Shown one piece after another: positions 1 through 8,718 of a stretch of DNA of 64,000 nt. Where the stretch lies: assembly GCA_002898395.1 (NCBI GenBank), contig BEHE01000010.1:1-64000 (forward strand). The letters run 5' to 3'. The stretch is from Candidatus Calditenuaceae archaeon HR02. GTDB taxonomy: Archaea > Thermoproteota > Nitrososphaeria_A > Caldarchaeales > Calditenuaceae. Position 1 is the first letter of the stretch; the number at the start of each line of letters is the position of its first letter. The position numbers and the translations under genes were made by a program. Under the pieces are notes generated by a model that had not been told where the DNA came from, made no database searches, and saw nothing but the letters and a program-made list of their open reading frames with translations.

Positions 1-190
1 TCCAACCCCCAACCACCACCCCATCGACACTTATGTACCGTTTAGGCCACCTCTTCCTACATTCACGACTAGGCCTAGTCCTCAGCCACACACCACAGTA
101 TGGCAATAGACACCATCGGAGGGTGACTCCACGACCTGTGCCTCCCCGCCTCACCGAAAACCTATACTTCCCCACCATCACCAATGTGGT
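1..190 (-). pseudogene. Possible degraded IS6-like transposase fragment running off the window start
   Basis: The minus strand reads ...RECRKRWPKRYISVDGVVVGGW, which resembles the region around the first catalytic Asp (IAVDETVVKV) of archaeal IS6-type DDE transposases. The upstream frames are broken. Confidence 0.25.
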
Positions 191-269
191 GTAGACCGTC
201 TTCAGGCCGTCCCAGCACCATGCTGGGGATCCCGAGACGCCGTGTCTATTAAATCTCCTAAGCTTAAGT

Positions 270-627
270 TTACTCTATATGCCTTATTTCCACTTTTAAT
301 CCGAGATCGCGTAGTTGCTCAAAGTGTTTGTCCGATGTAACTAGTGTCAGGTTTTTTGCTTTTGCGGACGCTGCTATGAGTAGGTCAGCGTCTGGTATTT
401 TTACGCCTATACTTTTTAATTTTTCATATAATTTGCAGTATCCGCTTATGACGTCATTGTTTAGAGAGATTATCTCATAGAGTTCTTCAAGGGAGGATTT
501 TACCTCGTTTCGTTTATGTGCAGGTACTCCTCGAGAACTTCTATAAGGGTGATTACGCTGATAGAGCCCTCCTCCAGCGCCCCCTTCTGAGGAGCTCGAT
601 TAGTATACTCGTGTCAAGGAGATTCAT
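270..627 (-). pseudogene. vapC: PIN-domain (VapC) toxin with two frameshifts
   Basis: Joined frames give MNLLDTSILIELLR / SISVITLIEVL / ...KIPDADLLIAASAKAKNLTLVTSDKHFEQL, which contains the canonical PIN acidic motifs. Confidence 0.85.
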
Positions 628-855
628 CGTAATTCAAGCTCGCTCCTAAGTTTTTTGGACTCCTCCAGCACATTACTAACTTCCTCCTCGGATAATGTTC
701 TTCTGAGCTTTTCGAAGGCTTCGCGTCTTCTTTTCTCCTTTACCTCCTCCTGATACAGCCTCAGAAGATATTCTCTCCACTCAGCGCTACCCTTATCTTT
801 TTCTAGTATCTCCTTATATCTTTTTAGGAAGCGATATAGTTGAATAACTACTCAA
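624..855 (-). pseudogene. vapB: VapB-type antitoxin, frameshifted
   Basis: Reads MSSYSTISLPKK* then shifts to KEILEKDKGSAEWREYLLRLY...LELR*. Its stop overlaps the vapC start (ATGA). Confidence 0.7.
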
Positions 856-1096
856 TTTATCCACCACTAAATTATCTAACCCACTAAGTATATACCTTCT
901 TTTAGATACAGTCCTAATAGGGAGGATATTTAAAGCGTTATCCGGACACTACCCCCAGTATAGTTCTCGTTTTCCGTTTCTTTGAGCGTATAGAACTCGA
1001 TGGAAGACCCTGTTCTCGATGAATTCTGGCAAGCCCGATAATAGCAGCAGCTTACCAAGAATTACGACGAACATGGGCCCAAACGTTTCCTTGAAA

Positions 1097-1525
1097 TCAG
1101 GTCTGAGAAGCCTCTTTATTCCCCTCTATCCATTCAGCCTTGAAGCCTTCGGCCCTCCTATATACCCAGTAGGCCCTCCTCCCCTTATTCCTCACCCTCT
1201 CTAGGACACCCAACACCGTTAAGTGCTCAAGCGCAGGCCTCACGTGCCGGAAGTCTTTTGGAGCCCACCCCCTCCTGTGGAGCTCGTGGGCAACCTCTGA
1301 GGGCGACCTATATTTCTCGAAGAAGCCATCCTCAACCAAGAGGATAATCCTGCCGTAAAGCTCATTCTCAGAAATCTTCACATAGACAGGCTCCCTAACA
1401 ATAATAACTCTGGGAACCTCAACCCTAATCTCGAGTGATCCCAAGTTTTTAAGAAGAGTTCTCACCGCCTGCTCTAGTGCCTCAACCCTGTGCTTCAGCC
1501 CCTCAACCTCTGACTCAGAGCCCAT
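1097..1525 (-). CDS. Hypothetical protein with N-terminal coiled coil and winged-helix-like C-terminus
   Basis: 142-aa ORF; SPSEVAHELHRRGW...LEHLTVLGVLER follows a wHTH-like pattern. Confidence 0.7.
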   Translation of the reverse strand: MGSESEVEGLKHRVEALEQAVRTLLKNLGSLEIRVEVPRVIIVREPVYVKISENELYGRIILLVEDGFFEKYRSPSEVAHELHRRGWAPKDFRHVRPALEHLTVLGVLERVRNKGRRAYWVYRRAEGFKAEWIEGNKEASQT

Positions 1526-1631
1526 ACGCTACCAGTACAGAAATTATAGGGGCATGTATTAAGCAAACCCAGCCCACAGAAAGACAAAATCAGTAATATT
1601 TAATACACCTAAACCTACAACTCGCGAGAAA

Positions 1632-1807
1632 GATACGACGAGGAGGAAGGGCGCTAAGCCAAGAAGAAGGCTGGGAAGACCAGGAAGAAGTCAGCGGCCA
1701 AAAAGGCTAGGAAGAAATCACCTGCAGCAGAGTCCACAACAGCGCCAGCTGAAGCTCTACCCGGGGCTCCGGCCGCCGAGGAGGGCGCCGCTCCGGCTGG
1801 TGGATGA
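1632..1807 (+). other. Candidate small Lys/Ala-rich basic peptide gene (histone H1-like composition) with a disrupted 5' end
   Basis: Frame 1658-1807 encodes AKKKAGKTRKKSAAKKARKKSPAAESTTAPAEALPGAPAAEEGAAPAGG*. An AT-rich TATA-like box lies near 1594-1604 and a T-run near 1846-1852. There is no in-frame start codon. Confidence 0.45.
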
Positions 1808-2385
1808 GTCGTCGCGAGCAGCGAGGAGACTCCATCCACATCACTATTTTTTGGCCGGTCCGGCCCACCCAAATCTAGCTGGTAGGAATGGGATTCATGG
1901 AAGACGTGGCTAAGCCATATGGGTTTGAGCTTGTCCTCGGGAGCGAAGCCGGTAGTGCATCAATGGTGCGGTCTACCGCTAGACTGGCATAGTCGGGCTA
2001 TATTTCTATGACGGCCCTGTCCTGGTCCGCTTGCCTCTCGCTGGGTTCACCTGCTGAAGCATCTCCACCAGCGTCGAGAGCCTCTTATCATTCAGTATTT
2101 TCGAAAATCTTCTAAGCCTTCTAGCCCCTCAGGATCAAGTCGCGCTTCTTCCCAACATGCATGATAGTTATCATATTATTGATCCTTAGATTCATTAATA
2201 TTCCTGAATTAGCCGGTGCGATGAAGTTCTGAGAATTGATAAATAACTTCTGTTCTATAGCATCTCCAATAAGTCAATTCTACCATATCCATGGATTTTG
2301 AAATACAAGCTGGTTAAAATTGACCTCTTTTCCCTTTTTTCACGTATCTTTGCTGTCGGTGGGATGTTTAGAAATGTTTTCTAGG

Positions 2386-3429
2386 CTATTGGCTAGATGC
2401 TATAGGTCCAAATGTCTTTGGGACGGTTTCAACGTTTCCTACGGGTGTTATGATGAGTGTGTCTGCGCCGGTTTGTGAATATTCTTCTATCTTGTTGATC
2501 GCGTCTTCTTTTCGTCCTGAGGCTGTGAGGGTTGCTACCATGTCGTCGCTTATTAGATTAGCGGCTGCCGCTATTTCGCGTCTCCTCCAAGCCTCTCTTA
2601 TCTCTGGCAGCTTCCCCAGTCCTACCCCATATTGCTGGAGGCTCTCCTCTGGGACGACCTCGGAGAGCTGGTAGATGAAGAAGGGGTCTCGTTTGACCGC
2701 CTCGTAGGCTTCCGCCTCGTCCCCGCTGACCGAGGATAGGACATACGCTAGCTTCTCCACCTTGCGCCCATTTTTCTCCCCCTCCTCAACCCAACCCACG
2801 AGCCGTCTAACATCTAGCGGCGTCAAAACACCTGGGGAGGTAATTACGCCATCGAAGATTCTCGGGGCCATTCGCAGCGTTCTAGGACCTAGCGCGCCTA
2901 TGTAGAGTGGTATGGGTTTAGATGCCTTTACCATCAGTCTGAATCCCTGGACGTTATAGAAGTTGCCGTTTACGGCGGCGGCCTCCCCATTTACTAGTGA
3001 GCGAATGACGGATGCGGCCTCGACCAGCCTGCGAAGCGGTTTAGTCTCCTTGACAGGTTGCACGGGATGGCCTATGAGGGGGAGCCACGGAAACCCGCCG
3101 AGACAGATTCCTAGCACGAATCTTCCACCACTCTCGTTATGGAGAGTTACTGCTGATGCAGCTATCATGACGGGGTGTCTAGTGATGACGCTTGTGCAGG
3201 CGATCCCCAACCTGATTCTGGCGGTACCCCTACAGGTCAGTATGAGGGAGGCGAAGCCGTCCCCCAGCATGGGGTTTTCATGAAGCCAAAAAGATTCGAA
3301 GCCTAACTCTTCGGACCGTGTAGCCAGCTCAACAATCCTAGACACTGGGTGAGAGATATTCCACCCAACACCCAGTCTCAAGAGCCGCCACCTAATATTT
3401 TGTGAAGATTGAAAACAGCTCGCCGGCAA
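2386..3429 (-). CDS. LLM-class (luciferase-like, probably F420-dependent) oxidoreductase
   Basis: SEELGFESFWLHE, RHPVMIAASAVTL..SGGRFVLG and IPLYIGALGPRTL motifs. The true start is probably slightly downstream of the ORF start. Confidence 0.9.
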   Translation of the reverse strand: MPASCFQSSQNIRWRLLRLGVGWNISHPVSRIVELATRSEELGFESFWLHENPMLGDGFASLILTCRGTARIRLGIACTSVITRHPVMIAASAVTLHNESGGRFVLGICLGGFPWLPLIGHPVQPVKETKPLRRLVEAASVIRSLVNGEAAAVNGNFYNVQGFRLMVKASKPIPLYIGALGPRTLRMAPRIFDGVITSPGVLTPLDVRRLVGWVEEGEKNGRKVEKLAYVLSSVSGDEAEAYEAVKRDPFFIYQLSEVVPEESLQQYGVGLGKLPEIREAWRRREIAAAANLISDDMVATLTASGRKEDAINKIEEYSQTGADTLIITPVGNVETVPKTFGPIASSQ

Positions 3430-4282
3430 TGAGTAGGAGCCCGAACAAGAGTGTCAGCTTTGCCGTCTGAGGATCTGCATCATCTGGCACCCCTGCCCAG
3501 AATGTTCTCACAAGCCTAGCAGCTATTGTGGTTGTGAATAATACCGCTAGGCTGTAGACCGAGAGTATACGCATCAGTATTAGGAGGATAGTGATCACGT
3601 AGGTCGATGCTAGGAGTGCGCCATAGAGTATTAGGCTTCGCCGAACTCCTAGGAGAATGGGGATAGTTGTAGTGACGACTTCCCTATCGTAGTCTGCGTC
3701 CCTCATGTTATTGGCTAAAAGCACTAAAAGCACCAGTATCCCGATTGGGATGGAGGCTAGTAGTGGCTCGACCGTGAAGGTGCCTGTTATGGTGTAGTAG
3801 CTTCCCCCAACCATTAGCGGTCCCCAGACTAGGAAAACCACCGGCTCGCCCAGAGCCCTGTACTTGAATGCGATGGGCGGTGCTGTGTAGAACACGCTGG
3901 CCAAAAGGCCCGCGCCTGTCAGTAGGAGTATTAGGGGCCCCCTAACTAGGGATAAGACGCCGGCAATCAAGACCACTAGGCCATACAGTGTGACTGTCAT
4001 CGTTAGGAATTCTCGGCCTCCAACCTCACCCGTTAAAAGCGGATGTGGCCTATACCTTGAGGTCGGTACGTCAAACCTGTCCTCCCTGTTCTTCACGTCA
4101 AAGTAGTCGTTAAGCATGTTTGTTGCGGCGTGGAGGAGGATCAGCCCGGCTAGCGTGAGTAAATAGAGAGATGCGTCAAAGGCCGCGAGCTTGATTGCCA
4201 GGACTGCTGCTAGTGTCGCGGAAACGAAAGACATGACAAAGGACCACGGGCGCGTGGCTATGAACCATATTTTCGCCGACAC
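3392..4282 (-). CDS. menA: UbiA/MenA-family prenyltransferase (DHNA octaprenyltransferase-like)
   Basis: ATRPWSF, NMLNDYFD and LANNMRDADYD motifs; polytopic membrane protein. Confidence 0.88.
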   Translation of the reverse strand: MSAKIWFIATRPWSFVMSFVSATLAAVLAIKLAAFDASLYLLTLAGLILLHAATNMLNDYFDVKNREDRFDVPTSRYRPHPLLTGEVGGREFLTMTVTLYGLVVLIAGVLSLVRGPLILLLTGAGLLASVFYTAPPIAFKYRALGEPVVFLVWGPLMVGGSYYTITGTFTVEPLLASIPIGILVLLVLLANNMRDADYDREVVTTTIPILLGVRRSLILYGALLASTYVITILLILMRILSVYSLAVLFTTTIAARLVRTFWAGVPDDADPQTAKLTLLFGLLLIAGELFSIFTKY

Positions 4283-4288
4283 GAAGTC

Positions 4289-4933
4289 TCACTTTAGGGG
4301 AAGCATAAGAATCACTAGCTCGGTCCAGATGACATCTGAGGAGATATTTAACCATAGCGACCGTTTAAGCATGTAGAGGAGTCCCCACCAGAGACCCGCT
4401 ATCAGGGCCGCAAGCATCAATGGTATATTGAGTGTGAAAAGGTGGATGAGTGTGTAGAGCGTTGTCGCTATTAAAAACCCCTTAAGCCCGCCGAGATAGC
4501 CCATGAAGCTCTTCTGGATGAACCCTCTCCAAAAAAGTTCCTCACAAAAAGACGTGTAGACTAGGGTGGCAGCAACTTGCGCCGCTGGAGCATCACCTAC
4601 AAGCAGATAGACGTTCGATGCTCCCCTCTCAAGAAACGGCCTCAAAACACTGTATCCTCCATAGAATAAGGTATATAGAAAGAGGCCTGATAATACGCCC
4701 AAAAACAACATCCTAGGTTCAACCCTTCTGAGCTGCCTTGACATCTCTCTCTTTTCGGCGAAGAATGCGACGAGGCCTAGGACACTAACTGATAGCGCCA
4801 TCCTGTTCCAGAACCCTCCTATAAGGTCCGTGTTGAATGTGAAATACCAGAGTGGAAAGGCCACTATTAATCCGAGAAAGGTTGCCGGCAAGCTAGCATC
4901 CGAAGCCCCAGCCCGAAGAATATTGCCAAACAC
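4289..4933 (-). CDS. CPBP (CAAX/Abi) intramembrane metalloprotease
   Basis: EELFWRG and YTLIH motifs; hydrophobic. The last motif reads SSDVIW where His is usual. Confidence 0.85.
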   Translation of the reverse strand: MFGNILRAGASDASLPATFLGLIVAFPLWYFTFNTDLIGGFWNRMALSVSVLGLVAFFAEKREMSRQLRRVEPRMLFLGVLSGLFLYTLFYGGYSVLRPFLERGASNVYLLVGDAPAAQVAATLVYTSFCEELFWRGFIQKSFMGYLGGLKGFLIATTLYTLIHLFTLNIPLMLAALIAGLWWGLLYMLKRSLWLNISSDVIWTELVILMLPLK

Positions 4934-5059
4934 ACACTATCCCCTACCCCCAATATTTAATGGTTCAAGAATCTAAACCGGGCAAGTCGGATAGCGGCTG
5001 CTTATAGCCGACACTGTTAAAGTTTTAAGCTCCAAGAACATGCCAGCTCGACTTAGGTA

Positions 5060-5351
5060 AAGATGGGGCTTGAAGTTTCCTACATGCCTTTTATGTGTTC
5101 GTGGAAGCCTTAATATGGATAGTTTGATGTGCGCCTGTTGGAGGCATGAGCTTTAAGCCCAACGGACATGGATTTGCTGGATGATCAAAACGTCTTCGAT
5201 GACTTTGTCCGAGAGAATATAGCTTGTTCATAAGGCTTGAGGAGGCTACATAAGTTCACGTTATCTGTTCAGATGGTATAACAGAGAGGAGGCCGAGGAG
5301 CTGCCAGGCTTTGCCGAGAAGGTGATTGAGTCTGTTAAGGGCAAGGGCTAG
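5060..5351 (+). pseudogene. HEPN-domain toxin remnant
   Basis: Broken frames give LFIRLEE / YISSRYLFRWYNREEAEELPGFAEKVIESVKGKG*, typical of an archaeal HEPN C-terminus. The 5' boundary is approximate. Confidence 0.65.
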
Positions 5352-5352
5352 G

Positions 5353-5637
5353 ATGGCGCAGAGTGCTCATCAATTGTGTTTTTAGGCCGAGGCCATAGAC
5401 AAGATAGCCAATGAGATTTTGGTTCCAGGTAGAGTTCATGTACTCGGAAGTGTGGTCGAAGGGCTAGTGACTGGCTGAAGCGACGAGTATGTCTTGATAG
5501 TTGCCGACAACCTACCAAGGGATTTTAGGGCGAGGCCAGAAGCTATAACTCGGATAGAGGAGATAGCTAAACCACTTCATTTACCATCCCTTCCCAATAC
5601 ATCTGGCGCCCTGGGATGAAGTTAACCCAAAATATAG
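5353..5637 (+). pseudogene. Minimal nucleotidyltransferase (MNT) antitoxin remnant
   Basis: RVHVLGSVVEGLVTG*SDEYVLIVADNLP is a degenerate GS...SDxD motif with internal stops. Confidence 0.7.
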
Positions 5638-5803
5638 GAAAGGAGGGTCCCCCTACCCGCTAACTCTGGCTGACGAAGGATGAGATGGAATATGATTTGA
5701 CACTGGAATAAATGATGGAGGCGAGCCAAGGTCCTTCAACCTACTCAACAACGAGCCTTGAGACAATAAAACTAGCCTATAATTTACTGGCGAAAAATAG
5801 CCG

Positions 5804-5888
5804 TGCGGGGGGTGGGATTTGAACCCACGAACCCCTACGGGACAGGGTCCTAAGCCCTGCGCCTTTGACCAGGCTTGGCGACCCCCGC
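5804..5888 (-). tRNA. tRNA-Leu(UAG)
   Basis: GCGGGGGTCGCCAAGCCTGGTCAAAGGCGCAGGGCTTAGGACCCTGTCCCGTAGGGGTTCGTGGGTTCAAATCCCACCCCCCGCA folds as a cloverleaf with a long variable arm, anticodon TAG and a GGTTCAAATCC T-loop. No intron. Confidence 0.97.
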
Positions 5889-5907
5889 TCTCATACAGTG
5901 TGTAGCG

Positions 5908-5970
5908 TGCTCAGCCCCCGCTCCTGTGATCATTATTATTGATTTTCCTCGACGTTCAGTCATCATCGCA
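5908..5970 (-). ncRNA. Candidate C/D-box methylation guide sRNA upstream of tRNA-Leu
   Basis: Minus strand: box C ATGATGA (5966-5960), C' ATGATCA (5933-5927), 12-nt guide CAGGAGCGGGGG, box D CTGA (5914-5911), and a TGC/GCA terminal stem. Confidence 0.6.
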
Positions 5971-6050
5971 TCCTATATTAGGTTGTCTGCTGGATTTTAA
6001 CTTGTTGCCCGGCCTTATATCTTATTATTGGGTCTCAGACCACTCGCTTA

Positions 6051-6401
6051 TCATCTTGCTATGCCTTTTCTTATCTCCTCTATCCTCTTGAAGATTATTC
6101 CCTTTATGAGGTCGCAGACCTGATATATTCTCCCATCTTCTACGGTGTAGTAGCATTTGTTTCCCCACCTCTTGACCGTGACTATGTGTTTGTCGCGGAG
6201 TATTTTGAGGTGTTGGGAGACTGTTGGCTGTGAAAGGCCGGTCCTCTCAGTGATTTCCGAGACCGTGAGCTCGCCCTCCTTAAGTAGCTGTAGTATCTGT
6301 ATTCGCTTGGGGTTTGTGAATATTGTGAAGAAGTCTGATATCAGTTCAAACTGGTCGGTCTCTCGAGACCTCTTCAACGCCCTCAGCCCCCTCATTAACA
6401 T
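6051..6401 (-). CDS. ArsR/SmtB-family transcriptional regulator
   Basis: NPKRIQIL...ELTVSEI...LSQPTVSQHLKILR motif. Confidence 0.93.
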   Translation of the reverse strand: MLMRGLRALKRSRETDQFELISDFFTIFTNPKRIQILQLLKEGELTVSEITERTGLSQPTVSQHLKILRDKHIVTVKRWGNKCYYTVEDGRIYQVCDLIKGIIFKRIEEIRKGIAR

Positions 6402-7584
6402 CGTAGGGTGGGCCTAGGTATATGTTAAATATCGGCTCCAAGGCCCCACTTAGCATAGTCCAGTATAGCCTGTTGAAGAGCCGCTTCATGAGATACTTGG
6501 CTATTGAAGGGTTCTGCCTCTCCGGCTGCCTAGTGTAGGTTCCTGAGACGAAGACTGCCCTGCGGCCCCCCATCTCCAGTGGGCAGTTTATTCGCCCGTT
6601 GTAGAGGTATACTTTTCCCATCCCATGTATCTGGGATGCTATGGACTCGGCAGTGGTTATCGCTTCTAGGTGGGCTACAACCCCTGATTTCGAGATTGGT
6701 ATGTCTGTCGCGTCGCCTATCGCGTATGCGTCGTCGAGGCCCCTTATCTTTAGCGTGCGCTTGTCTGTCGGTATCCATCCCTCCTCCCCTCCTATCCCCG
6801 AGTTGATCACCACCTCGGCTCCCCTATGTGGTGGGATGGCTATCAATAAGTCATATGCCAGTTCTTCACGCTCCAGAGAGTAGATCTTCTTAGTCGAAGG
6901 GTCGACATAGTCTATGTTGAAGAGGGTGTATGTCGTTATACCCCTCTTCTCCATCTCTGGCTCCACCACGTCTGCTATCCCATGGGCGGGGTAGGCTCTG
7001 GTGTAAGGAGTCGCGTAGGCGATCTCCACCTCATCTCTGATGCCCTTCTTCCTCATCAGCTCGTCTATGAGGAACACGGCCTCAACTGGGGAGGGTGGGC
7101 ATTTGTGGGGAAGGGCGGTCAGCACTACTATTCTGCCGCGCCTGAAGGTTGATAACGCCTCCCAGACTCTCCTGGCATCTTCCTGCGACCTGTGGAAGTT
7201 GAGTGACGCCTCGGCAAGCCCCGGTATAGTTTCTGGAGCGGCTACGGATCCGGTCGCTACTACGAGATAATCATAGTCCATCTTCAATCCACTATCATAT
7301 ATTACGGCCCTATTGTCTAGCTCTATTCGCGAGACTGGTCTCTTGAAGAGTCTTACCTCTCTGCTCAGTAGTTGTGTTATGGGTCTTCTGAAGATTTTAG
7401 GGTCGGCTCCTCTGAATGCGATGTCGATGTTACCAGGCTGATATACGTGTGATTCAGACCCATCGAACACGACTATCTCCAGGCGGCCGCCCTTCATCTC
7501 GGCCTTTAGCTTCTTGGATAGCGCATTAGCTAGTATTATTCCCCCCGTGCCGGCTCCGATTATGACTACCCGCTTCATGTTCAA
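6346..7584 (-). CDS. sqr: Sulfide:quinone oxidoreductase-like flavoprotein (type III-like)
   Basis: GAGTGG FAD motif, HVYQPG, KCPPSP, GDATD..KSG and a second Cys in INCPLEMG; tusA/dsrE context. Confidence 0.85.
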   Translation of the reverse strand: MNMKRVVIIGAGTGGIILANALSKKLKAEMKGGRLEIVVFDGSESHVYQPGNIDIAFRGADPKIFRRPITQLLSREVRLFKRPVSRIELDNRAVIYDSGLKMDYDYLVVATGSVAAPETIPGLAEASLNFHRSQEDARRVWEALSTFRRGRIVVLTALPHKCPPSPVEAVFLIDELMRKKGIRDEVEIAYATPYTRAYPAHGIADVVEPEMEKRGITTYTLFNIDYVDPSTKKIYSLEREELAYDLLIAIPPHRGAEVVINSGIGGEEGWIPTDKRTLKIRGLDDAYAIGDATDIPISKSGVVAHLEAITTAESIASQIHGMGKVYLYNGRINCPLEMGGRRAVFVSGTYTRQPERQNPSIAKYLMKRLFNRLYWTMLSGALEPIFNIYLGPPYDVNEGAEGVEEVSRDRPV

Positions 7585-7814
7585 CCGCCTTTAGGCGTCA
7601 CGCGTATGACTATTCTAATGTAGCCCTGCTCCTCCTTCACCTCGACTACCTCATTCTTACTTTTCGCGGCCCAAGCCGCAACATCGCTCTTAGCAGCAGG
7701 GTCAGTAGCCAGCAGTTCTATCTCGTCGCCCGGCTGTGCCTTCCTGTAGGTCTTTATGAGCTCGGTTATCGGACCTGGGCAGAAGCTCCCCCTCGCGTCT
7801 ACTACATGTCTCAA
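7581..7814 (-). CDS. tusA: TusA/SirA sulfurtransferase
   Basis: DARGSFCPGP and ATDPAAKSDV motifs. Confidence 0.93.
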   Translation of the reverse strand: MRHVVDARGSFCPGPITELIKTYRKAQPGDEIELLATDPAAKSDVAAWAAKSKNEVVEVKEEQGYIRIVIRVTPKGG

Positions 7815-7826
7815 TCTCCCTTCACC

Positions 7827-8330
7827 TCATATGAAAATGATCTGACCACCCTCCGCGATGTTCAGAAAGGTTGAGGCGCCGACCACGTCCTCAACCTCTG
7901 GTATCAGGTCTGACTCCTTAATTCCCATGGCCGTCATGGTTGTTGAGCATGCGTGGAGCTTGACGCCCAGGTCCTTCGCCTGTTTGATCAGTTCATAGAC
8001 CGAAGGTACTTTTAACTCCCTAAACTTTTTTGCCATCATGCGTGTCACCATCCCGCTCATCCCCGGGAGGACTCCCAGTAGCGAGGGTAGACCCAGTGAG
8101 GGATTGCCAACGGCAGAGATCTTCAATTTCTCTACCTTTCTTTTAACGACTGCATCGAGTCCCCAGAAGGTAAAGAACATGTGCACTTCCATACCCATGG
8201 CCGCTCCGGTAGTGGCCAGTATGAGTGCAGGGTAGACCATATCGAGGGATCCTTTAGAGAGTATTATGCAGAGTTTCTGTGCCGTCTTCTGTGCCTCTTT
8301 CTCAGAAATTGTTGTTTCCAACTTAACCAC
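7827..8330 (-). CDS. DsrE/DsrF/DrsH-like (DsrE2-type) sulfur carrier
   Basis: FFTFWGL, HACSTTM and VVGASTFL motifs. Confidence 0.9.
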   Translation of the reverse strand: MVKLETTISEKEAQKTAQKLCIILSKGSLDMVYPALILATTGAAMGMEVHMFFTFWGLDAVVKRKVEKLKISAVGNPSLGLPSLLGVLPGMSGMVTRMMAKKFRELKVPSVYELIKQAKDLGVKLHACSTTMTAMGIKESDLIPEVEDVVGASTFLNIAEGGQIIFI

Positions 8331-8339
8331 CTCGATAAA

Positions 8340-8351
8340 TCGAATATTCGA
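8340..8351. promoter_or_regulatory. Perfect palindrome TCGAATATTCGA, a putative ArsR operator of the dsrE-tusA-sqr-arsR operon
   Basis: 12-bp palindrome about 10 nt upstream of the first gene of the operon. Confidence 0.5.
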
Positions 8352-8414
8352 ATTTTCTAATAAACCCTAGTCCGCATTGGTATGCAAACTTATGATAACT
8401 TATAGACCTGTGCC

Positions 8415-8675
8415 TCAGCCTCTCAGAGCAAATAATAGGTAGAGTATTGTCAGTATGATTATTGCTAGCGGCGAGGTTCCTATCTTTAGCTTTCCGACTG
8501 ATATTTGAGTGTAGACAATTGGGTGTAGTTTTGGTATTGATTCTAGTAGGCGTGGCGCAATTCCTATCAGCAATAGGATGATGCCCATCGTTACCAAGAT
8601 TATTCCTGTCAGGGTCTCTATCCTCATTCTTCTGCTGCGTGTTATTGATCCGGTGTTTAAAAACTCTTTTCCCAT
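8415..8675 (-). CDS. Small membrane protein (two TM segments)
   Basis: Hydrophobic ORF; the likely start is at MRIETL. Confidence 0.65.
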   Translation of the reverse strand: MGKEFLNTGSITRSRRMRIETLTGIILVTMGIILLLIGIAPRLLESIPKLHPIVYTQISVGKLKIGTSPLAIIILTILYLLFALRG

Positions 8676-8718
8676 AAGGTTTTGGCGGCAGTGATGTAAT
8701 ATCTAAATTGTAAGCTGT

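Noticed and set aside
67-250. Palindrome GACTAGGCCTAGTC (67-80), hairpin CCCAGCA-CCA-TGCTGGG and a 9-bp inverted repeat (105-113/242-250)
   Set aside because: These are short, lie in degraded sequence at the window edge, and do not define element ends or target-site duplications.
1654-1872. 72-aa minus-strand ORF in the track
   Set aside because: Its Phe/Ala-rich end is the reverse complement of the Lys-rich + strand frame, which looks more protein-like.
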